DNA of 63,641 bases, counting the filler, from Octopus bimaculoides (Eukaryota): the NCBI RefSeq assembly GCF_001194135.2. It is 5 parts of 5 records of this genome, joined end to end, with 100 filler letters (N's around TTAATTAATTAA, not from the genome) between each part and the next. Parts side by side here need not be neighbours in the genome. Positions count along the whole stretch, not along the records: positions 20,703 to 48,252 come from NC_069008.1; positions 48,353 to 58,291 come from NC_068982.1; 3 more parts are not named here. One strand, written 5' to 3'. Positions 38,824-49,745 of the stretch are shown here, piece by piece (position 1 is the stretch's first letter; each line of letters begins with the position of its first letter). Under the pieces are notes generated by a model. That model was given only the letters and a program-made list of their open reading frames with translations. It ran no database searches and was not told where the DNA came from. A program made the translations under genes and the position numbers.

Positions 38824-39121
38824 GTTACCCCAACCACAACTACGAAGTCCCTGCAATAAATCTACGGATAACAACAGGGAATCAAAGCTGTGCTGGTGCT
38901 TTACTCATCATCGATTTATACATTTTGTATAATTTCTCCTGTGTGTGTGCGTTCGTGCATGCAATTTGAGGCGTTGTGCCTATAGTAGATACGATTATTA
39001 CAATCCAATATGTGATCACGGTTGCTACTGTATGTTAGTGAAAATACATATTAAAATTGAGAAATATTATGGAAATATTATTTGTAGTTCTTGTATTAGA
39101 TATCAAGATTATATATATATA

Positions 39122-39159
<38 letters not shown>

Positions 39160-39276
39160 CTCTGCCAAATTAGATTGGAGCCTGGTGTTGCCATCCGGTT
39201 TCACCAGTCCTCAGTCAAATCGTCCAACCCATGCTAGCATGGAAAGCGGACGTTAAACGATGATGATGATGATGAT
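39160..39276 (+). mobile_element. RTE LINE extreme 3' end
   Basis: CGTCCAACCCATGCTAGCATGGAAAGCGGACGTTAAAC-(GAT)n. Confidence 0.8.
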
Positions 39277-39741
39277 ATATACACACACAGACACAGAATT
39301 GTGTTGACTTTCATATTTGTGTGTATGTATTTATTAAAGATAAAAAGAGAAGATGGAATGTACCGACAAAAAATTTAATTACCACAACAATTGTTGTGAT
39401 CATATACCTTCTGACTGCTCGTTTTTATCTTTAATATACACCCAACGTCCATCCTGGAATTCCGAGAATTATTACAACGATATTTGCTAAGTATTGCTGA
39501 TGACGCCTGTTAGCCATAAGTGGTGAACATGCTCCGTGGACACACAACCTGGGACTTGCTCTGAAATAAGGTTTCGATACTGTGCTTAACACGTATTTTC
39601 TTGACCTTAATTCTTTAACCTTATATATATGTATATATATATATATATATATACACATGCATATATGCATACATGTGTGAGTTGTGTAAGAGACCCTAAG
39701 TCAGAGAGAAGATGCACTCGTACAACTGTCAGTTAAGTAGG

Positions 39742-40453
39742 TATATTATCCAAATTTTATACTATTGAATATCCATAATGGCTGGTGTTACCAATTGGTT
39801 TCACACAGAAATACAATGGAGTGTTAGGTAACAATCCAATTATATAGTTACGCTCATCAGAGATAGCCGATATGGAAGGGAATATGGCAATTGCTCTCTG
39901 TCGTCGGATGTGGATTAGCACAACTGGTCAGTGGCTGCTGTGAAAAAAGTGGTGGAATGAGAAATGGGCCAGGGGATTAGGCTAGGAGTTATGTCCCTTG
40001 GTCAGGTACGTTGTGAAGCCGGCAAGAGTTATCTTGAAGTGGGGAAAGCATGTATTAATAATGTGGTGTCTCTGCGGGGATGGAGTGCATGGCATTGGGT
40101 GTGTGGTATGTGTAGCGCTGTCATATATATAATTTTTTCAGGGGCTGTAGGTATGTATAGCTGTATTCGGGGGGCTGTAGGTATATATAGCTGTGTTCGT
40201 TGGTCTGTTTTCTTCCTGTAAAGGATAAAGTGGTCAGGGAGGGGGGTATATTAGCATGCAGTGTGTAATATAAAATGTGTGTGGGTGGGGGTACAATAGA
40301 GAGCAGTCGCCATATTCCCTTCTACATCGGCTACCTCTGATGAGCGTAATTATATAATTAGATTGTTATCTAACACTCCATTGTATTTTGCGCAAAACCA
40401 ATTAGTAAGACCAGCTGTGATGGATGCTTAATACTACAAAATTCGGATAATAT
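39742..40453. mobile_element. Penelope-like remnant: inverted repeats of about 155 bp, each with a hammerhead-like motif
   Basis: 39742-39900 is the inverted homologue of 40298-40453; each has CTGATGA-GCGTAA..(G/A)AAA-CCAATT(G/A)G-TA. Confidence 0.75.
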
Positions 40454-40512
40454 ATATACATATATATATTTTCTATTTTCTTAATTTTTTCTCCCTGTTT
40501 ATTTCTGTATTC

Positions 40513-40548
40513 CTTTCAGATGAAGAGCATAGGCTCGAAACGTAAAAG
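40513..40548 (+). ncRNA. Minimal hammerhead motif (U4A variant, extra A after A9)
   Basis: CUUU-CAGAUGA-A-GAGC auag GCUC-GAAA-CG-UA-AAAG. Confidence 0.7.
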
Positions 40549-40657
40549 ATTTTCTCACTTCCTGAGTGTTAAACTAATACATCTGTTTGCTGTTTACACA
40601 CCCAGCTTCGTGTTTTTTTTTTTTTTGTAAATTCTCACTGTATATATGTGAATATAC

Positions 40658-40694
<37 letters not shown>

Positions 40695-41139
40695 CTGGTA
40701 AAGGATGGGGCAACAGCAATGAAGCTCAAAAGTAGAGACATGAGGGAATGTCAACGACCTAAACACAAGGTAAGGCTTTAGTCACAGTTAAGCCATCATC
40801 TCTAGCAACAGATTGAATCATAGTTTTTATGTAACAGAAAACTGTGTCCTGAAAACCAATGCAGTTCTGTTGATGTCTTCAGGTGTTTTCTATGACACCT
40901 GGCTGCTGGTGCAAGATGTGATTGGCTGCGATATATGTTGGCAGGTGTGTGTTGGACGTGTGCAGGAGTGGTTTTTAAGTGTGCTGTGACTAAATTAGCA
41001 AATGAAATAATATTAGTCAAACCGTGAAGCCAAATCCAAACAGAGCTGCTACGGGTTCAATCTCAAAGGGGATACTTGTCAGCTCCATAACTTGAGGTTT
41101 TCCAATCCTATGAAATTCTAGGAGTATCCAATAAATTCA

Positions 41140-41325
41140 TCATCTTTTACTCGTTTCAGTCGGAGTGTGGCCATGCTGGAGCACTGCTTTGAAGGGATAA
41201 GTCGAACAAATCCTTAAAGCCTGGTAATATTCTGTCAATCTTTTTTTGTTGAACTGCTAAGTTACAGGGATGTAAACAAACCAATACTGGTTGAAAATAT
41301 GTGGGGTTGTGACAAAGACACTTAT
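41140..41325 (-). mobile_element. SINE family A, 3' half
   Basis: TTTCAGTC..GGCCATGCTGGAGCAC tail in reverse orientation. Confidence 0.8.
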
Positions 41326-41339
41326 ACAAATATACATTT

Positions 41340-41545
41340 GTGTTTCCTTATCTTGACACTGTGTGATTGTAAACGAGTGTCACTGTCGTATAAGCGGTGT
41401 CATTCATTTCCAGGGTTCTATGTGAACTTGTCAGGCCATGGGGGAAATATCACCTTGCTGAGAAACAGGCAAGGACTGGTGACAGTGAGGGCATCCAGCC
41501 TTACAAAGTCGGCCCCAAATAAACTCAGTCCTACTCATGCAAGCA
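41340..41545 (+). mobile_element. Short element ending in an RTE-type tail
   Basis: GAGGGCATCCAGCC module and CTACTCATGCAAGCAGGGAAACGCAGATGTAAAC, like the 39226-39260 tail; body differs from the RTE UTR. Confidence 0.55.
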
Positions 41546-41809
41546 GGGAAACGCAGATGTAAACAATACACACACAAGTGCACACAATAGGTTTCTGCAT
41601 AGTTTCCATCTACTATTTTCACTTTCTAAGCCACTCAGAACTCCATGAATTTTTCAGACGACCAACATTGTTTACTTGAGATGACCATCACTTTGTAATT
41701 GGATTTTACGGAAATAATAGTAGAAGACTGTACGAGTATATATATGTGTGTGTGTGTGTGTGTGAGTGTATTTACCAGCATAAACCAGGTGTTTTTGTAG
41801 CCCTTTATA

Positions 41810-42105
41810 AGGGATACCTTTCAAGTGTTGGGCCTCACGGACGCAATGACCGAGGCCTTTGGCATTATGCTGTGCTTGAGAAGAAGAACCATCAAGGTGA
41901 ACAAAATCGCAGTCGTGGCAGATACTGGTGTCACGCAAATGGCACCCATGCTGGTGGCACGTAATGGCACCCATTACACTCTCAGATTGGTTGGCGTTAG
42001 GAAGGGCATCCAGCTGTAGGAAACCATGCCAAATCAGACTGGAGTCTGGCGCAGACTTCCAGTGTGCCAGCATGGACAACAGGCTTTAAATGATAATGAT
42101 GATGG
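41810..42105 (+). mobile_element. 5'-truncated RTE LINE (last codons plus 3' UTR)
   Basis: LGLTDAMT..RGLWHYAVLEK followed by the GGTTGGCGTTAGGAAGGGCATCCAGC module and a (TGA)n tail. Confidence 0.8.
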
Positions 42106-42107
42106 TG

Positions 42108-42144
<37 letters not shown>

Positions 42145-42280
42145 GGTAGATAAATATGATGGAAGACACACAGACACACACACACATGAAAGTAGATAAA
42201 TGGATAAACAGAGATGAAAGTAGGGACAGATATAGAGAGAAGCTGATAGAGGCAAATAGACAAAACAGATGTATAGACAC

Positions 42281-42315
<35 letters not shown>

Positions 42316-42433
42316 TGTGTGTGTGCATGCATCTGTTCATGTGTTTTGATCAGAATGCTAACATAGCCACCAACAGCATACCTATTTAGATATATAAACA
42401 GCATCCTCACATCCAAATAAATATACATGCTTG

Positions 42434-42474
<41 letters not shown>

Positions 42475-42539
42475 TAGATAGAGAGAGAGAGAGAGAGAAA
42501 GAGAGAAGAAGATGGCAGCCAGCATCTATCTTCTAATAC

Positions 42540-42607
42540 TTGCTTCCATCCTTGCTAACAAGTCATCATTGGAGAGGCCAAGGTTGTGGGCGAATAAGGA
42601 AGTAGAG
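42540..42607 (-). CDS. Possible 68-nt internal exon (unverified)
   Basis: Acceptor GTTTTCTGTAATGTTCTTCAG, donor CAA|GTATTA, open frame STSLFAHNLGLSNDDLLARMEA; a complex island between SSRs on the same strand as the RS site. Confidence 0.3.
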
Positions 42608-42620
42608 CTGAAGAACATTA

Positions 42621-42654
<34 letters not shown>

Positions 42655-43315
42655 TATGCAAACAGATACACACACACACACAAACATATATATATATATA
42701 CATCAATACTAGAGAAGAAAATACATGTGGTATGTGTGTGTGTGCATATAATATACATACATACACACGCATATACATTATGTTTATATACATATTTATA
42801 TATATATATGTATGTAATGTGTGTATATATATATATATTTATATATGTATATATATTTATATATACTTGTATGTAATACCTGTGTGTGTGTATATATATG
42901 TATGGATGTAATATGTGTATATATATTTATATGTATGTGTGTATATATAATAAATATATGTAATGTGTGTGTATATATATATAGTGTATACATGTATGTA
43001 ATATGTGTGTATATATAGTGTATATATGTAATATATGTGTCTATATATATATGTAATGTATGTATATACTATATATATATTTATACATCTATATATATTC
43101 ATATATATATAATGTATGTATGTATATTATATATATATATATATATTACATATATGTATATATATATAATGTATGTATGTATGTAATGTGTGTGAATGCG
43201 TTTGTTAGTGTTTATATGTTTGTGTGTATGAAATATGAACACAAAACCCGGAGCAGCCAGAGAGAGAAAATATATTTACAATATAAAAGTGTGGCAATTA
43301 ACTATATTTATAATA

Positions 43316-43367
<52 letters not shown>

Positions 43368-43670
43368 TGTGTGAGAGAGAGTGTGCGTGTGTGAGTGTGC
43401 GTGTATGCACACACAACACACGCATGTGCAGTAAAGGCTGGTGCTTAAAAAAAACTCACCGTTTCTATTGAGGGTGACTAATCGCTGGCTTATTGTTATA
43501 AACGAACATCCATTCCTGGTTGCTCTATTGCTTCTTCATCTCTCTCTCTCTCTCCTTCACATGTCAAATAACAAATATATACACTCACACACACACGTAC
43601 ATATATACACTTGCATATACACACCTTCCAGTGTATAGGAAAGAGGTGAGATAAGACAACATGCCAGCAC

Positions 43671-43782
43671 TTGTGTGTGGGTGTAGTGTGTGCGTTTAAA
43701 GGTGTGTGTGTGTATGGTCTAGTTGTGTGTGGGTGTAGTGTGTGCGTTTAAAGGTGTGTGTGTGTATGGTCTAGTTGTGTGT
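43671..43782. repeat. 52-bp tandem duplication
   Basis: TTGTGTGTGGGTGTAGTGTGTGCGTTTAAAGGTGTGTGTGTGTATGGTCTAG twice, plus a partial third copy. Confidence 0.92.
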
Positions 43783-44984
43783 GTGTGTGTGTATAGCCTA
43801 GTGTGTGTGTGTGTATGTAAGTTTGTATACAATGTAGGCTGTATATAGTTATGTGTGGGCCTGCACGTCTGTGTATGCTGTAGGATATTTATGTATATGT
43901 AAGTCTGTATATGGTGTAAGCTAAATACATTTATGTGTGTGTGTGTGTGTGTGTGTAGAGGCAGCTTCATCACCATGCCACAGATGTGAGCAATTCTTTC
44001 ATGAAAAGTTTCTATAGAAATTCAAGGCGGGCCAGCATTTTATCAGCATTGAGGTATTTCCTGGTCCTCAACAGGAAAATGATGTTTTTCGATGAGGCCA
44101 AACACAGTAATCGCACAACCTGTTTTGTTTTCTTTGTTTTTTTTTTTTATCCTGAAGGCACTCCGCAAAAATTTAAAAGCGAAACTCCACAAGCCAAATA
44201 AAATTCATTTTCTCTCCTAATAGAGAAAAAAAAATGACATCATCATCATCATTGTTGTTTTAGCCATGGCTGTGGATTCAGCGCCAGAGTCGGAAACAAT
44301 TAACGTATTTTAACATGTATAAGAAACCTGATTTTGTCAAAAATTAGGATTTAAAAAATAGGGGAGTTTTTTTTAATCCCTTACAAAACTGCTTTTCCCC
44401 AAAATTAGGNNNNNNNNNNNNNNNNNNNNNNNNNNNNNNNNNNNNNNNNNNNNNNNNNNNNNNNNNNNNNNNNNNNNNNNNNNNNNNNNNNNNNNNNNNN
44501 NNNNNNNNNNNNNNNNNNNNNNNNNNNNNNNNNNNNNNNNNNNNNNNNNNNNNNNNNNNNNNNNNNNNNNNNNNNNNNNNNNNNNNNNNNNNNNNNNNNN
44601 NNNNNNNNNNNNNNNNNNNNNNNNNNNNNNNNNNNNNNNNNNNNNNNNNNNNNNNNNNNNNNNNNNNNNNNNNNNNNNNNNNNNNNNNNNNNNNNNNNNN
44701 NNNNNNNNNNNNNNNNNNNNNNNNNNNNNNNNNNNNNNNNNNNNNNNNNNNNNNNNNNNNNNNNNNNNNNNNNNNNNNNNNNNNNNNNNNNNNNNNNNNN
44801 NNNNNNNNNNNNNNNNNNNNNNNNNNNNNNNNNNNNNNNNNNNNNNNNNNNNNNNNNNNNNNNNNNNNNNNNNNNNNNNNNNNNNNNNNNNNNNNNNNNN
44901 NNNNNNNNNNNNNNNNNNNNNNNNNNNNNNNNNNNNNNNNNNNNNNNNNNNNNNNNNNNNNNNNNNNNNNNNNNNNNNNNNNNN

Positions 44985-45160
44985 AGGAGTCGGAGTTGTC
45001 AGCAGGAGGAGTCGGAGGTGTCAGTCGGTAGGAGTCGGAGGTGTCAGTCGGTAGGAGTCGGTAGGAGTCGGAGGTGTCAGCAGGAGGAGTCGGAGTTGTC
45101 AGCAGGAGGAGTCGGAGGTGTCAGTCGGTAGGAGTCAGAGGTGTCAGTAGGAGAGGAGTC
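44985..45160. repeat. GC-rich composite minisatellite (22/23/10-bp units with an AGGAGTCGG core)
   Basis: AGGAGTCGGAG(T/G)TGTCAG followed by CAGG or TCGGT; emerges from a gap. Confidence 0.9.
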
Positions 45161-45677
45161 GAAGCTTTTTCTTTCAACTCCACAGCCCTGGTTTTAGCAT
45201 CTACTTTTCCTTGCTTCCATGGATCAAACAGTCTCCAAAGATGAGTCAGGTCAATCAAGGTGTGGCGGGGCATGTGATGGCACAGCCCCTTGCTGTGGTC
45301 ACCATTTGTGTCAGGATATTCACAGGTCCTTCTGGATTCTACTCAGTCCTCATCACATCTGCCATGTGGTTGACCAACACAAGCCATTGTCAACCCTGCC
45401 AGATCCTCAGTAAACAGGATCTAACTTGTTAAAATCGAGAAACATGACCAAACAATTCCGAGCTGGCACTCCTAAATCCTACATGAAACAGGATACATCC
45501 CAGATGCTGAGATGTTGATTGGATAGGAAACCTGACCAATGGTAACCCATAATTCTGTGAAGCATCCTGGTATCAAAGGACTTCAGGTGATCCCTGAGGG
45601 TCCTGGCCACTGTCCAGGTCTCACAACCACAGAGAGGACCAGAGACCTAAAGACATGAACCCTTTACAACTATAGAT

Positions 45678-45936
45678 CAATGCTTCCCAAACTTTTGGAG
45701 GCTGCTGCCCCCTTGACACCCAGGCCACATTCCTAGCACCCATACAAACACAGACCTCTTTATGAAGTAAATTCAAAGCAACTGTATTTCACAAATAAAA
45801 CTTAACCTCATGACCCCATTATTTTGTTGTTTTTACATGAATTACCACCCCATTATCAGCCCACTTTTCTTCAGCACCCCCTTGGAATTTCTCACCACCC
45901 CAGAAGGGGCAATACCACCCACTTTGTGAACCACTG
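45678..45936. mobile_element. hAT (Charlie-like) MITE
   Basis: CAATGCTTCCCAAA..TTTGTGAACCACTG; TSD CTATAGAT/CTATAGAA. Confidence 0.88.
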
Positions 45937-46149
45937 CTATAGAACAGGATAGGAAAGACCATAGACCTAAAAATCTGACCCTTGGTCTCTCTGCACAGAT
46001 ATATAAAGACCGTTGAGTAGAATTCCAGTCAGGTCTCCATCTCAGCGAGATACCTCCTCGTCTACTGTGCCCATGTGACATGTACTTGACCAGCATGAAC
46101 CAACCAACTAGCCCAGCTGGATCCTCGGGGAGGAGGACACAAGGGTCAA

Positions 46150-46440
46150 GCAGATGTGGAGGGAACTTACGGAAGAGGTAACCTCAGGAAGGCAATGGGA
46201 TGAGGTGGTGAAATATGATGTTGGGCCTCTTGGAGGCAATGACTAGTGACCAAGAACTTTGGCGATGGGCTGTGCTTGAGAAGACCCGTCAAGCCAAGTG
46301 AAATCAGAGTCATGGCCGATGCTGGTGCCACGTGACTGGCCCCTGTGCCAGTGGAACATAAAGGCACATGTGCCAGTGGCATGTTAAAAGCACCTATTAC
46401 ATTTTTGGAGTGGTTGGCATTAGAAAGGGCATCCAGTGGC
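46150..46440 (+). mobile_element. RTE LINE C-terminus plus start of 3' UTR
   Basis: VEGTYGRGNLRKA/WDEVVKYD..LGLLEAMTSDQELWRWAVLEKTRQAK*. Confidence 0.82.
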
Positions 46441-46444
46441 TATA

Positions 46445-46880
46445 AGTGGTGCCCAAGGTGCCATGCAGTGGGATTGAACCCAGAACCATGTGGTTGGGAG
46501 GCAAGCTTCTTACCACACAGCCACATTATATATATATTAATATATTTTCTTTTTTCCTTGTTTCAGACTGTGGCTATGCTGGGGCACCACCTTGGAAGAT
46601 TTTTAGTCAAATGAATCGCCCCCCAGGACTTATTGTGGATTTGATAGATGGAAACTGAAAGAAGCCTGCCATGTGTGCGCGTGGTGTCCCACCACCATTT
46701 GACAACTGGTGTTGATATGTTTATATTCCTGTAACCTAGCAGTTTGGCAAAAGAGACTGATAGAATAATTAACAGACTTTAAAGAAAATTTAAATAAACA
46801 CTGAGCTCCATTCATTCGACAAAAAATTGATGGTAGAGCCCCAGCATGGCCACTGCCTAATGACCGAAGCGAGTAAAGGA
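46445..46880. mobile_element. Nest of SINE family A fragments in both orientations
   Basis: Minus head 46445-46525, minus tail 46545-46635, plus body and tail 46635-46880. Confidence 0.75.
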
Positions 46881-47275
46881 TAGATGCATATAAATCTGTA
46901 GAAAAAAAATTCACAACAAAGGAACCGAGAGCGAAAGATCTCACGTTCATAGAAACCTCAAAATCAATGTTTTCTGTTGATAGATTAAAAAAACAAGTAA
47001 AGAAAGGAAGATTCTTGTTTGGTTTGGGGGGAAAAAAAGGGAGGGGATAAAGATGAAAGCTTTCCTCAGGCGTGATATTTTCAATAGCAAATGGTTTCAC
47101 CTTTGTTAAGGAATGAATAAAGAGAGAGAGAGAAAGAGTGAATAACTGTGAAGCAGAATATATGTTTACACGAATGAGTGATTATTGGGAGAGGAGGGAG
47201 GGGGGAAGACACACGATAATGATAAGAATGAATTCAAATTTTTGCCTCAAGGGCAGCTTGGGGGGNNNNNNNNNN

Positions 47276-47455
47276 GGGAATTAAGTCGATTACATTGACC
47301 CCCAATGTGTAACTGGTACTTATTTAATCAACTCTGAAAGGATGAAATGCAAAGTCGACTTTGGTGGAATTTGAACTCAGAATGTAGAGTGACAGGTGAA
47401 ATACCGCTAAGCATTTGGCCCAGCGTGCTAACGATTCTGCCAGCTCACCGCCTTA
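47276..47455 (-). mobile_element. SINE family B
   Basis: Aligns to the 26121 and 57340 copies. Confidence 0.88.
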
Positions 47456-47464
47456 ATAATAATA

Positions 47465-47790
47465 ATAAGTGGATTTGGTAGACGGAAACTGAAAGAAGCC
47501 CATCATATATATATGTATATGTTTGTCCATCCCCACCATCACTTGACAACTGATGTTGATGGATTTACGCCCACCCCCATAACTTAGCGGTTTGGCAAAA
47601 GAGACCAATAGAATAAGTACCAGAATAAGGCTAAATGATTAGCAGCATTTTGTCCACCTTTTGTGGCATTTTGTCCACTTTTACATTTCTGAGTTCAAAC
47701 TCCACTGACGTCGACTTTGCCTTTCATCCCTTCCTGGGTCAATGAAATAAGTACCAGCTGAGCACTGGCCTTGTGCTAAAGATTTGAAAC
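47465..47790 (+). mobile_element. SINE A body followed by SINE B body
   Basis: GGATTTGGTAGACGGAAACTGAAAGAAGCCC..AGAATAAGTAC, then TTCTGAGTTCAAAC..GTCGACTTTGCCTTTCATCC. Confidence 0.8.
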
Positions 47791-48252
47791 CTATGTGATT
47801 CAGCAGAATAATTCTTCTTCCTCAGGCTTCCATTACTTCCTCCTCCTCCTCCTCCCAATGTTATTTTTGTTTTTTGACATGTTTTTTAAGACTACGTATG
47901 GTTTCTTAATATCCTTAGGCTTTGTGTATCCTCAAATACAAGAGATTACTATAACATAGATATTTAAATCTTAGCATTAAGAGTTTGAAGGAAAATCTGC
48001 CAAATGACTGATAAGGGGGAGGGGGGTAGACAAGATTAGTCAATCGTGTATGCATGTGTGTGTGTGTGTGTGTGTGTATTTTTATTTATTACATTTTTCT
48101 TTTATTTGTTTGTCATTTGACTGCGGCCATGCTGGAGCACCACCTTTAGTCGACCAAATCAACCCCAGGACTTATTCTTCGTAGTGGTGTTGCAAAATTT
48201 GACTTGTGCATATTAATTTCCGTTATGCCCTTTATATTGTATCAAAATTTCA

Positions 48253-48352
48253 NNNNNNNNNNNNNNNNNNNNNNNNNNNNNNNNNNNNNNNNNNNNTTAA
48301 TTAATTAANNNNNNNNNNNNNNNNNNNNNNNNNNNNNNNNNNNNNNNNNNNN
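48253..48352. other. Artificial scaffold linker N44-TTAATTAATTAA-N44
   Basis: Same 100-bp structure as at 20603. Confidence 0.97.
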
Positions 48353-48419
<67 letters not shown>

Positions 48420-48703
48420 TGTTTGTGTGTTTGTGTGTGTGAATGTGTAAATGCGGTGTTGGTGCGTGTGTGGGCATATATATATGTATGTGTCTGTATA
48501 TTTGTATATATATATGTGTGTATGTGTGTATGTATATGTACATATGCATATGCGTCTATGTGTGTGTATGTATGTATGTCATTGTATAGTTTTATTTCAA
48601 GAGCTATTGGCCAATAGAGAAAAAGCCGGTTTCTAATCTTGATACAAGGCTCTTTCATTGGAATTTCAACATCAACAACAGGGTATTTTTGTTTGTGTGT
48701 ATG

Positions 48704-48735
<32 letters not shown>

Positions 48736-49309
48736 CATGTATGCATGTATGTATGTATGTATGCATGTACATGTGCAGATTTGTATGTTTTATGTATGTA
48801 TTCTCATGCACATAATTGCATATCTAGACATGCTCATGTATATTTAAATGATAATTCAATACATAAGAAGGTAAAAAGAGAGAGAAAAAAGAAAGCTTCT
48901 GACGATGCGGGAAAGTTGAAGATATTCTCTATATTTTAGGCGTAAAGGCTCATCGTCAAAAGACGAACAATCTGAGAAACTTTCTGCATTGTCAGAATTT
49001 TTCTAGTTTCTCTCCAAACACTGGCTTACACCATAATGTGGAGCACCGAAAACGTCGGTTACGCCTACCTTTGGAGAGGGACTGCAGCTGTTATATAATG
49101 CTAGGGAATTTGAATAGGCTAACGAAACTTACATAACGGGACTTTACACAGAGTGTTCTTCTCTTCTGATGATGAACCTTTACGCCTGAAATATAAACGT
49201 TTTATTAAACTTACCACATTTTCAGAAACTTTCTATTTTCTCTCTTTTTCCCTACTTCAATATTACAATGCTTCAAGCGAACTACAACGCACTAATATAT
49301 ACTCTTTAC

Positions 49310-49664
49310 TCTTTCACTTGTTTCAGTCATCTGACTGCAGCCATGCTGGAGCAAATCGACCCCAGGACTTATTCTTTGTAAGCCTAGTACTTATTCTATC
49401 GGTCATTATTGCCGAACCGCCAGGTGACGGGACATGAACACACCAGCATCGGTTGACAAGCAATGCTGGGGAGACAAACGCAGACACACAAACATACACA
49501 TACATATATACAATGGGCTTCTTTCAGTTTCCGTCTACCAAATCCATTCACAAGGCTTTGGTCGGCTCGAGGCTGTAGTAGAAGACATTTGGCCAAGATG
49601 CCACGCGGTGAGACTGAACCCGGAACCATGTGGTTAGTGAGCAAGCTACTTACCACACAGCCAC
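49310..49664 (-). mobile_element. SINE family A, near full length
   Basis: Aligns to 23289-23684 with a short deletion; CpGs retained. Confidence 0.92.
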
Positions 49665-49667
49665 ACA

Positions 49668-49745
<78 letters not shown>

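Noticed and set aside
40702-40775. 66-nt plus-strand exon ending AAG|GTAAGG
   Set aside because: The acceptor is purine-rich and it lies on the opposite strand to the other splice signals in this block.
23078-44409. Inverted match CCTAATTTTGGGG..GAAAAGC(G/A)GTTTTGTAAGGGATTA as TIRs of a 21-kb transposon
   Set aside because: The match is short, both copies are at or near gaps, there is no TSD or transposase, and two copies of a dispersed repeat explain it more simply.
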